Assembly (NCBI GenBank): GCA_002269645.1 | Contig: NIVC01003453.1 | Location: forward strand, 1 to 64,000 | Source of the DNA: Macrostomum lignano | Lineage: Eukaryota | Length of the DNA stretch: 64,000 nt | Direction of reading: 5' to 3' | In this document: one piece after another, positions 1 through 11,469 of the stretch | Layout of the letters: every line of letters begins with the position of its first letter | Position numbering within the stretch: the stretch's first letter is position 1 | The notes under the pieces: model-generated | The model's database searches: none | Seen by the model: only the letters and a program-made list of their open reading frames with translations | What the model was told of the DNA's origin: nothing | Program-made: the position numbers and the translations under genes

Positions 1-1371
1 TGCCTTCTGCAACAACCAAAATCCGAACTCGCTAGCTCAAGCGGCAGCGTCTACAATGCTGTTGTACGCGTTACAAGACTTCTTTCAATTCGGTGGGTTC
101 AGCAATCTGGAGATGGGATGCGACTCAGGAAGCACCGACTGTCTATCCAATTCAAAGTCCGTCAGCAGATTGCACTGGGAGCCGATCTTGAACAGCGCTA
201 CTATAACTGGTCATGTTGGCCAGACTGACTGCTTCCAGGACGGTGCCTGCATCGGAACCATCCTGCTGGACAAGGATCTGCTCACTCCACAGGCCAAAGT
301 GCTTCTCCAACGATTTCCACGCGACGCCAGTCCTTTGGCCTACGTAGGAATTTTTCACCCGAGCGACGGCGCGAACCAGAATGTTTCACGCCTCAGCAAT
401 GGTGTGGCTATCACCACCAACATCAGTGGCTCTGTGAATCTCAGTAGCATCAGCCTCATATGCCGCAGCTGGAGCGGAGCCGACTGGACCCCGGATAAAC
501 TGCACGACTCGCGCGCCATTCCAGACCGACGATGGCATCTGGCCACGTAACGTGTGTGTGCATGACATATCCTCATTCATTGGCGTCTTTGAGGGACCAC
601 CAGGCTTCCAACCGAGACAACTATCGCTCCGTCTACCACCAAAAGTGAGACTAGCCGACACTCGACACTGCAGTCGACACTCTCAGAGACGCAAACTTTC
701 AGCTGCAACGTTTGGAACAGCATCACGACGACTACATTACTCCTGTAACGGCTCCGACACTCTCAAAGACGGACACTGTAGCTGTGACACTCCAAATCAG
801 GGTTACAGAGTCATTCTCAGCGTCGTTACAACGAAAGCAGCCTTCGAAGCCACCTGACGGGTCAGCTTGCGCGTCAGCTAAGGCTCGTCGAGTCGCAACT
901 AACTGACATGGAGTTTAAAAATGGTAGCGCTTCTTATCAGTTTTACGTCAACAGTCAGTCTGGTGCCAACACTAGTGCTTCTTTCGCTGTGTATCTACTG
1001 GTGCAGCTCATGAACAACCGCCAGCTCGTGTTACTTAGCCTGAGCAACAGCAGCCTAACTGTGTCCTGGGAGTACCTGCGGCTTCTTGATGTGAAATCAG
1101 CTTTGCAGCCTACTATAAAGAATGGGCAGCGACAACACTAGCATCGCTGTTGGTGCTTCAGTTGGTGCCTTTTTGCCTAGTTGTGACTTTTATAGTAGTC
1201 ATTCTGCTTATGCAAAGGAACAAGCGAAACTCTAAAGTCCCAGAAAAACATGAGAGCAGCTTCAGAAATGATTGGAGTACCGGCCGTGGCTCGAGAGCGA
1301 TGGAGACAAGTTGGCCAGTGGTGTCATTCCAGTAAAGTTCGCGCCACCCCGTTGGAAAACGGTAAGACGCT
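1..1371 (+). pseudogene. Frameshifted fragment of a type I membrane glycoprotein gene (Cys-rich segment, SEA-like domain, TM helix); pseudogene or consensus-error-ridden copy; 5' end outside window
   Basis: Joining the adjacent plus-strand ORFs across about 5 single-base shifts gives one coherent protein: ...INCTTRAPFQTDDGIWPRNVC...HYSCNGSDTLKDGHCSCDTPNQGYRVILSV / RYNESSLRSHLTGQLARQLRLVESQLTDMEFKNGSASYQFYV (SEA-like F-x-x-GS motif) ... SDNTSIAVGASVGAF / CLVVTFIVVILLMQRNKR (TM plus basic stop-transfer; shift in T-run 1170-1174). Many N-x-S/T sites. Possible donor GTAAGA at 1372. Confidence 0.45.
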
Positions 1372-2599
1372 CTGAAACTTTCGTGGGATACATGCTTGCT
1401 TATTTGCATTTTCATTCTTTGCATCAACGCGCACCCGTGTCCTTCCAACACCAGGAAATGCTCAGTGAGGCGGGTCCATTGCAAATTCGAGAGTTGAGAG
1501 CTGAGCCAGTGAGGGAGCGGAGCAGCAACTTGAATTACTATTATCTTTAAGAAACTATTATTGAACAGACTATGAGTTTACTGCTAGTGTAGCCTTCCTT
1601 GTGTAGCTCGGGTGTTTTAACAAGAGCTGTAAGACGAAAATGTTCTGTTAGAGACTCTGACTACTTTTGCACGTAGAACTATCATTTTTGTTACTCTGTC
1701 AAATTTACATCTGAATCGTTATATGTACTCACGCACTAGATTTTAGTATTTGTCCCGCTGGGCCATTCAAAATTTCTCTGTATTCAGTCAAATTAAAAAA
1801 TATTGATATTAATGCTTTAAGTCGGTCCAGTGCAGCTGCATCACGGATTCAGTCACAAGGTGTGATCAAGTTCACCAGACTATTAATTCCATTTTTGATT
1901 ACCGGCGCCCGGCCCGGTGGATGCACTTGATAAAGCGCTCGAATCCTTCTTACCCTCACGCCCTGATAAGAGGGCATTGAGATCCAAGCCTTTTAGTCAG
2001 CCATATGCGGAGAATTTTTGGGATGGCTCGCAGTTTTTTTAGACCTAACGCTTTAAATGAAAGCAAAATTTACTAACAAATGCTTTCTATTTATTTAGTA
2101 GTCTAACTCTAACCCATGTTTTTTTTCCAAGTTCGTGTTGACGCCCCAAATCACAGAGTGATTTTAGACTAACCCTTTTTGTTTCAACTTTATATATTTG
2201 TGTTCAAAAAACTGGTTCCTTTCTTAAGAACACTTTTTCTTAGACATGAACTTCTCTGTTGACTATTACCTGTTGACTAATGGTAAATTCAACTCAATAA
2301 GAGAATTCAACTTTTGTACGCAAAATGGCTTGCCCGATATTCAAGATTCTAGTTTTATATATTCGCTGATCGCTTGCTTGCTTGTTATAGAGTCGTTGTG
2401 AGGCTGAAATTTACTCCAGGTGATTAAACGATTCTTCAGCTTCTAATATACAATTTTCTCTAATAATCAGTTCTGATTAGAATAAAATTTTTATGTTCGA
2501 GAATTTTAACAGATCTAAGAGGGCTTACCAATGCAAAATGCTACTTAGCCAGTAGTAACCAAGCCTCCTTGATAGCTGCACTCCATTAACGTTGTACGC

Positions 2600-3900
2600 T
2601 AATAGGCCTTGGTTGCGTCATGCACTCTTCACCAGCAGGTAGTCGTCAAGCAATACTTGGGCTTTTTTAGACTTGTATCGAACTCCAGCATGTCTTTGTA
2701 GCCAGCGGACTGTACATCGCCGCCTCCATGAACTGTCAGATAGTCGCTTTTAATAAGCAGACTCGAAACTATGACTAAGTGACCACTGTAACCCGATGGC
2801 ACTTCGCTTAGCAGGGATCTGAAGTGATTTTGACTGTCAGTCGATTATAATAGCTGTGAAAACAATGTTACTAATTGCTATTAGGGTTCCATGCAGCCTG
2901 ACGCACATTGTCCAGAATCAGCGCTGAGGCAATTCTGCCCATTCCACTGACTCCTGAGCACATACAGGCGCTCTGCACACCCTCACACAGGGTGTAAAGC
3001 AGCCCTGCATTTTGAGTCCCCAGGCATGTACCCAGGTTGGCCCTCATGGATATTGATCGGTGAAACTTTTGCGCTCAAGCCATAAATGACTGTCGCCACG
3101 CCACGCACTGGAATCGGAATAGAGGCGGCATCGCTGGAGACCACGGCTTGGCGCTGCTTCCTCCCTACTCAACCCATTTGCTCAACAATCATGCAACTCT
3201 GCTGTGCAGCTGGACCACCAGCTTGCTGCATATGCAATTCCGATGTCTCCCACCTTAGTCAATTACAACTGGACAGTGAACTGCAATAGAAATTGCAATA
3301 ATGCCAGCTGGACAAGCGACTTTGCAACGGACATGAATGGATTGCAACTCTGTCCATAGCACAACTGCTCAAATTTTAAAGCATATTTGTTGAAAACGCC
3401 TCAATAACTAGCATCGGCAATCCGATGGAGATGGTCGTGACCGCCAGCTGTCAGCCCGAGCACACAGTTCGTAGATAGGTGGTGGCGAACAAGACCGGAT
3501 TTCTGAGAATGCCACTGCAATCTGCGAGCCAGTCACATGCGACAATCTGCCTTACAATTTATTAGTTGCCGAGTTGATGAACCTGACTGTACATTTCCAA
3601 ACATCAGCCAAAATGGTGAAATATTGCCGGTGAATTAGAACGCCATCGACTTTTCACTCTACTCTAAGGTGTATTACCTATGTCAATATCAAGTCTAACA
3701 AGTGTAGTCGGTTCAGGAAACGCAACATTTAATTCGCCCATCACAAACACAGGCATTGTCGATTGCACGCGTGCAAGATTTCATTCCTGCACACTTATGC
3801 GTGCAGGATTGTAAGATAAGAACTGAGGACCAATGGATAAAGGAGACAGTATACTATCGTGGAATTTAATGAACTTCTTCAGGCCGTCTCGCTTACTGTA
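2600..3900 (-). mobile_element. Highly degraded non-LTR retrotransposon remnant (APE-to-RT linker region)
   Basis: Minus-strand translations show decayed LINE-like motifs in the expected order: MPVFVMGELNVAF (GDFN-like APE motif, 3721-3756), KPW (~3145) and KSPSIA*RLPAGE (KxPGxDGLPAE-like, ~2630-2670), with many stops and shifts. Confidence 0.4.
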
Positions 3901-5277
3901 CATTTCACAGCCATCAATTATCGATCGTTCCCTAGACCCACCTAGACCCACCTCCCCCAAGCCCTCGCTGCGTCTGCCATAAAATATTTTCTACCCTTAA
4001 GCCGCGCCTCTCTGTCTGACACCCCCTTCCGTGCACAGCCAGCCCTAAAAATTAAGTTATTTTGTCTACCTAGACCTTATCCGATCGAGATTCATACTAG
4101 AGAGAGAGGGGGCCCTCTTACATAGTCAATTATTTTGATAAGCGCAGCATTTTGATAAAACTTCTTAATGCTTCGCCCCCTTGACCCCTCTCTGTGCACT
4201 CACTCAAATTTATGATGCAACTTAATAGTCAATCGACAATGGGATTCATGAGTGTAGTGACTGACGCGAAACCGAGATAATTTGCTGAGTAAGACTTCGG
4301 CCCCGCCCCGACTTGGGCATTGGTTACGATATATATATATTTAAGAGCCAACCTAAGGGTTCGATACGAGAGAAATGTACGAGCTACATTCAATTACACG
4401 TACCCAACCTTGCACGTACATTAGCTCAATGTGCATTTGGAATAAAATAGCCCGCGCAGAGAATGAGGGTGGCCGTGTATAACAATGAGAAGTCGTACAA
4501 GTCAGTTGGAACTGTCAAGTGCAAAGAGGGCAGCTGGGACTTAGAATTACATTAGCTTACATTGATAAAAAATTAAGCAGTCACAGAGCATCATTACTTC
4601 TGGCTTCTTAACCTGCTCTTCCCTCCCTTCAGTGCAAACAGTTTCAGCAGTGACATAGTCAAGGGGTCGGCTGACCATTAAAGTAACAATGAGAGCCATT
4701 AAAAAGCCATCCATCCAGAAAGTGCAGTCTTGTCACCGAAACATTTTTATACTACCATAGACTACTTAGATCGAGTAGTATCGTACGAATATTGTACTGT
4801 ACATAGCACTTATTCCAGAAAATAAAAAGTTTAATTGCTAAGCAATCTTTAGACCGTTCCACTCCACAGATGGCATGGCTTGTCATGGGAATTGAACAGC
4901 GGGATCCCCTGTTTTGATCTTAAATCTCAACACGCGGCTTACGAGTTGAATCGAGAAAAAAAGCGCCAAAGAAATCGTGAGCTGGCACATTTTCAAGCTC
5001 ATTTTCTTCAATTGGATATCCAATTCTCTGGCTGAAACTGATATTTGAGATCTCGCGCTCATTTTAAAAGCGTCTTCATCTGCGCTGAAAATCGCACACA
5101 GCTTGCGCTGGGAAAGCAGACAACTGCCGCATTCCTTTATCTCGTGGGATTTTCTCTTCACTTCACTTTGATTTCTCACCCGACATCAAGGAAGGAGGCT
5201 GGGACTTCACGCGCAGAAGTTTTGCTTTGGCAACGAAATTGGGGAATGAGAACCGCTGGGAGGGGTGTGTCTGGCCA

Positions 5278-5284
5278 TATAAAG
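5278..5284 (+). promoter_or_regulatory. TATA box of the prepropeptide gene
   Basis: TATAAAG at 5278-5284, about 135 nt upstream of the split start codon AT|G (5416-5417) that is followed by a perfect GTAAGT donor. Confidence 0.55.
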
Positions 5285-5415
5285 ACTCTCACCCCGAGAG
5301 CGCAGCGAGATTCACGCTGAACTGCTAACGTAGACAGAAAACTGAACGACAAACTCCCGTCAAGTTTATAAGTCACTTTTGCGATAAACCTATTAAAATA
5401 ATCTGAAGAAGAACA

Positions 5416-6750
5416 ATGTAAGTGTCTTAGCGATAGCAACTTCAGTCACAGTAACATTTTAGTCACCGATCCAATTTACCTCAACAACTTTCAAGCAACC
5501 ACACCCAACTTCCCCCACTCTAAACTTCTCCACACCAGATTTACCACACCTGATTTACCACACCAGATTTACCACACCAGATTTACCACACCAGATTTAC
5601 CACACCAGATTTACCACACCAGATTTACCACACCAGATTTACCACACCAGATTTACCACACCAGATTTACCACACCAGATTTACCACACCAGATTTACCA
5701 CACCAGATTTACCACACCAGATTTACCACACCAGATTTACCACACCAGATTTACCACACCCAGTTCCCTACACGAAGTCTTCCCCACTCAATTCGGGATT
5801 TCCCGAACCCGCCGCAGGTCAGTCTCGCTTTTGCCGCTCTTCCTGACGGTCGCGGTGGTCGCCGCCTGCCTGACGACGCCGACGACCGCCGAGTCCGCCG
5901 CCGGCTGGCCGACCGCCGATTTTGTCGAGCGTCGCAACGACGACACGTCATCGCCGTCGTCCTCAGCGCCGTCTTCGTCCGAGGTCGACAACGCCGTCCG
6001 CGCTGAGGTCGCCTGGTGCCGGCGCCTGGTTGTCGCCGAGCGCGTCGGCGGTCTGAAGGCGGCGTGGGAACTCCTCACCGGGACTGGCGCCGTCTCTGGC
6101 CGGCCCTTGGCTAAACGGCGCGGAAAGTACATCTGGAGGTAAATCTGGTGTGGGTGTGGTAAATTGGGTGTGTTATCTTGGGTGTGGTACATCTGGTGTA
6201 GTTAATCTGTGTGGAAAATCTGGTGTGGTAAATCTGGTGTGGTAAATCTGGTGTGGTTAATCTTGTGTGGTAAATCTTGTGTGGTAAATCTGGTGTGGTA
6301 AATATGGTGTGGTAAATCTGGTGTGGTAAATCTGGTGTGGTAAATCTAGTGTGGTAAATCTAGTGTGGTAAATCTCGTGTGGTAAATTGGGTATGGTAAA
6401 TCTGGTGTGGTAAATCTGGTGTGGATAATCTGGAGTGGAAAATCTGGTGTGGAAAATCTGGTGTGGTAAATCTAGTGTGGTAAATTGGGTATGGTAAATC
6501 TGGTGTGGTAAATTTGGTTTTGCATACTGTTTTTGGTAAATTGGGTATGGTAAACATTTTATACTGTAAATTTTGCTATACTCGTAAGTATGGGGCAGAA
6601 ATCTGGTGTTTCGAATGAAGTGTGGTAATTGAAAAAAATGGTCTGGTACAAAATGACTGTTTAGTTTTGTTTGTGTTTATTGTCTGCACTAATTAAATAA
6701 TAATAAACTTATTGTACGACCGAATTTATTAAATAAATTTCAGGCTGTGA
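5416..6750 (+). CDS. Small secreted prepropeptide (neuropeptide-precursor-like), 108-109 aa, 2-3 coding exons
   Basis: Exon 1 ends with AT (5416-5417)|GTAAGT. Acceptor CCGCAG| lies at 5817 and exon 2 (5818-6138) starts with G, reconstituting ATG. Product: MSVSLLPLFLTVAVVAACLTTPTTA-ESAAGWPTADFVE-RR-NDD...AWC-RR-LVV...GRPLA-KRR-GKYIWR. It ends either at TAA 6140-6142, or via donor GT 6139 to acceptor TTTCAG| 6743, adding L and TGA (6748-6750). The exon is GC-rich like the other coding exons here. Confidence 0.7.
5531..5760 (+). repeat. 14-bp minisatellite (ACCACACCAGATTT)n
   Basis: About 16 near-perfect tandem copies in intron 1 of the prepropeptide gene. Confidence 0.95.
6139..6545 (-). repeat. 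14-bp minisatellite (AAATCTGGTGTGGT)n, inverted relative to 5531-5760
   Basis: Reverse complement of the upstream array, more degenerate. It starts exactly at the putative donor GT. Confidence 0.95.
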
Positions 6751-7021
6751 GGTGCAGCAGATTCAGTCTGGAGTGTGTCTCAGAATGCTGAGAGTTGAAT
6801 CTCAGCTGCAGTTACTTTTATTGTCATCTGATCCACTGCGACCCGACAAAACTTGCTGATTAAGTACATCGAACCTTCAACTGTCACTGCTTCAAGAGGC
6901 AGCAAAAGAGTTGCAAAAATACAAAGAGACAGGGGCAGCCACCGTCAGAGGAATTTTGCTTGCAATGCTCAGATCTTTGAGCTGGTATTTTCTGCTTCTT
7001 TCTTTGCCTGGCATTTCTTAA

Positions 7022-7490
7022 AAGAGATGAAGGGAGGGGATTGTGGCTGGTCGGGAGATAAAGGGAGAGGACTGTGGTAGGTTGTGAAATGAAGGGAGAG
7101 GAGTGTGGTAGGTTGTGAAATGAAGGGAGAGGAGTGTGGTAGGTCGAGAGATGAAGGGAGAGGATTGTGGTAGGTTGTGAAATCAAGGGAGAGGAGTGTG
7201 GTATGTCGGGAAATGAAGGGAGAAGGATTGTGGTAGGTCGGGAGATGAAGGGATAGGACTGCAATAGGTCGGGAGATGAAGGGAGAGGAGTGTGGTAGGT
7301 CGGGAGATGAAGGGAGAGGACTTTGGCTGGTCGGGAGATGAAGGGAGAGGACTTTGGTAGGTTGTGAAATGAAGGGAGAGGAGTGTGGTAGGTCGAGAGA
7401 TGAAGGGAGAGGACTGTGGTAGGTTGAGAGATGAAGCTGAGAGGACTGTGGTAGGTCGGGGGATGAAGGCAGAGGATTATGGTTAGTCGA
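7022..7490 (+). repeat. ~31-bp purine-rich minisatellite (GTGGTAGGTCGGGAGATGAAGGGAGAGGAGT-like)
   Basis: About 15 diverged tandem copies. Confidence 0.9.
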
Positions 7491-7776
7491 GAAGGAAGTC
7501 GCTTATCATATCCTATGCTTTTCAAACCATACAGAATAAATAATTAGATTACAGACCGTGAGGAAATCAAGTCAGACAAACCGACAACCCAAAGAATAAT
7601 GAGACATGAGCTTGGGGAGTCTTTGCTGCTGACATCAGAGCCTCTGCATGTGGCTGTCAGATGGATTTAGTTTTTTTCATTCAAAACTACCAGCTTTGAC
7701 TGTGGGCAGGGTTGATGCGCTTAGAAGTCTTGAATGTCACAGAACGAATCACACCGAGCAGCTTTAATCAAAGATA

Positions 7777-8742
<966 letters not shown>

Positions 8743-9057
8743 AGGTAGACGCTGACAAAAGGCAGAGAAAAAAGAAAAAGACACAAAAGACTTTCCTGAT
8801 TGCCAATTATTTCCACATAATTCTTCCATTGCTCTAATATTAATGAACCAATTATCCAATCCACGTTCAAGACCGTTGGCTGAAGCAATTTTTTACGCAA
8901 AAGTCAGAAAGTAGTCTTAACGCAGCTTGGAGTGAACAGCCAGCCTCAGTCCTCGTGTTCAATTATTGGCTGGCATGACCACTACGGACTGGAAGTTTGT
9001 CAGGCCAAGCTGCATCAAATAGGCTTCATCCGACATGAACAAAGTAGAGACAGCGTC

Positions 9058-9723
9058 ATGGCCAGCAACAGCAGCAGCGACACGGCCACGGCCGGTTGGA
9101 ATTTCTTCCTTGGCGACACCATCGTGATCCTGGTGGTGGGCCTGGCCGCGGCCATCCTGCTGGCCTACTGCCTGTTCCGCTGCTGCTTCCGCGACCATCC
9201 GTCCTGCCCGCCCAAGGACATCGAGCGCATGGTCGAGGAGGACGACGACTCCGACTCAGACGATTATGACGACTTGACTGACGATGACGGCAACAACGAA
9301 GGCGACTCTGGCGATGTTGCAAGCGACGAAGAAGAAGAAGGCGCTCAGGAACTCGAGTGTTGGCAGTATTTCGGCATGGCAACCGATGAAGAGTGGCACC
9401 AGGAGTTCGACAGCAGCGCTGGCAGCAGCGAAGCTGAGCAGCCCTGCTCCCACCAGCTGCACGAGGGCGGGGAAGCGTCGGTGGTCACGGCGGTGCACCA
9501 CCAGCACCCGTCTTGCAGTCGGCCGCTGCTGTTGCAGTCGCCGCAGGCCTCGCCATTGAGCTCCGCAGCGTCGGTGCTGGCCCAGCTGCAGCGGCAGCAC
9601 CGGTGGCGGCAGCTGAGGCGGCTTCAAATGATGGAGCAGCGGCAGCTGATGCCGGCTCAGACTCTGGTGCAGCTGCAGCCCGACAGCGAGGGAGGCACTG
9701 CGACCAGGGTTGAGTTGCTGTGA
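9058..9723 (+). CDS. Orphan single-pass (type III-like) membrane protein, 221 aa, acidic cytoplasmic region
   Basis: Intronless GC-rich ORF from ATG 9058: short N-terminus with N-S-S sequon, hydrophobic TIVILVVGLAAAILLAYCLF, juxtamembrane C-x-x-x-CC, D/E-rich stretch, Q/L-rich tail, TGA 9721-9723. No family recognised. Confidence 0.65.
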   Translation: MASNSSSDTATAGWNFFLGDTIVILVVGLAAAILLAYCLFRCCFRDHPSCPPKDIERMVEEDDDSDSDDYDDLTDDDGNNEGDSGDVASDEEEEGAQELECWQYFGMATDEEWHQEFDSSAGSSEAEQPCSHQLHEGGEASVVTAVHHQHPSCSRPLLLQSPQASPLSSAASVLAQLQRQHRWRQLRRLQMMEQRQLMPAQTLVQLQPDSEGGTATRVELL

Positions 9724-9895
9724 TGGATAGATAGATATGGGTATAGATATGGATATAGATATAGATATAGATATAGATATAGATATAAATAGTTATAGTT
9801 ATAGGTATAGACATGCATATGGGTATAGGTATAGATAATAGATATAGATGTTGGTACATGTATAGATATAGATATAGATATAGATATAGATACGG
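9724..9895 (+). repeat. (ATAGAT)n-like degenerate microsatellite
   Basis: Starts immediately after the stop codon of the 9058 ORF. Confidence 0.85.
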
Positions 9896-10311
9896 CATAG
9901 AGACAGTACAGTGAAGTCCAGTTTTGCAGCCGCCAGCCCATATCACGACAAGTCACACTACTGCGTCAGATATTGTCGGAGAAATATTGTTGTACTTTAA
10001 TGTATGAATTGGCATAATCTGACAAACAGTAATCTCCATATTAGTTGATAACAATGCATAACTCCTCAATAATCGCTAGACTAAATATTTTAAGCAAAGT
10101 GCATCTGATTGTGCCCTCCCTCTATGCAAACTTTTGCATTCCTCTAACTACGAGCGTAATTGTATTTGAAAGTTGCGACTTAAGTATGTCTTGCCAGCTT
10201 CACCAGAAACGTCATTGCCACTTCAGATTGTATATTAAATATGCACTTGCGTGGATAGCAATTATCAATTATTAGAGTCTTATAATGCTACTTCTGTTAT
10301 ATTTGATTTGG

Positions 10312-10940
10312 GGCGATGGGAGAGATAGGGAGAGATGGGGAGAGGAGACATGGGGAGAGATAGGGAGAGATGGGGAGAGAAATGAGGGGAGATGGAAAGA
10401 GATGGGGAGAGATGGGGAGAGCTGGGGAGAGATGGGGAGAGATGGGGAGAGGAGGGTAGAGATGGGGAGAGATAGGGAGAGATGGGGAGAGATGGGGAGA
10501 GAAATGAGGGGAGATGGAAAGAGATGGGGAGAGATGGGGAGAGCTGGGGAGAGATGGGGAGAGATGGGGAGAGGAGGGTAGAGATGGGGAGAGAGATGAG
10601 GGGAGATGGGGAGAGATGGGGAGAGAGATGAGGAGAGATGGGTAGAGAATAGGAGAGAGATGAGGGAGAGATGGGGAGAGAGATGAGGGGAGATGGGGAG
10701 AGATGGGGAGAGAGATGAGGGAGAGATGGGGACAGATGGGAGAGAGATGAGGGAGAGATGGGGACAGAGGGGGAGAGAGATGAGGGAGAGATGGGGAAAG
10801 AAAAGGGGAGAGAGAATGGGGGAAAGATGGGGAGAGATGGAGAGAGATGGGGAGAGATGGGAAGAGATGAGGAGAGATGGGAAGAGATGGGGAGAGAGAT
10901 GGGGAGAGAGATGGGGAGAGATGGAGAGAGATGGATGGAG
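10312..10940 (+). repeat. Degenerate (GAGATGGGGA)n purine-rich repeat
   Basis: About 10-bp units, almost exclusively G/A/T. Confidence 0.9.
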
Positions 10941-11469
10941 AGAGAACGTGAGGATAAAGAGAATGAGAGAGGCAGATGAGGAAGTAGAGAGGATAAATAT
11001 CTGTGAAAGCTAGGGTGCATGGCGCAAAGTGCACAGCATATTCCCCAGTCCAGTCAGTGTCACTCGTGTCAGTCCAGCGCACTGCACTGACTGGCAAGCA
11101 AGCGGGTAATTTCTGCCAAAGGATTTGTGAAACCCATTAATGTTTGGCTGCACAGCATTCAACAATGCATCAAAGCGAAGTCTTAACCGCTGCACCTCAG
11201 CTTCTGAAGCGCAGATTTTAGAGTTTGATCTTGCAAAGGTCCAATACTTGACAGCTGTATGGACCAATGCGGTAGTTGTGATTGACTAACTGACTGCCTA
11301 CTGCTCCTCTGGGGCTGCAAGTGCCGATTCTACCGTTAAACTTTTGCGTCTTGGCAGCAGTGCCTTTCTATATGCTGAAATATTGGACTGCTTTTACATG
11401 CCCCGGTTTTTAGTAACTTCGGTTTCGTTCATCTCTAACCCCACAAGTTTCACATTCTCTCAAACTCTC

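Noticed and set aside
5788-6192. Minus-strand 134-aa ORF overlapping the prepropeptide exon
   Set aside because: It starts inside the repeat and lacks splice or promoter support, while the plus strand has TATA, split ATG, splice sites and a signal peptide.
6853-7020. Short protein-like frame (LLQEAAKELQKYKETGAATVRGILL)
   Set aside because: No start or consistent splice sites and an upstream in-frame stop; may be the 3'UTR of the peptide gene.
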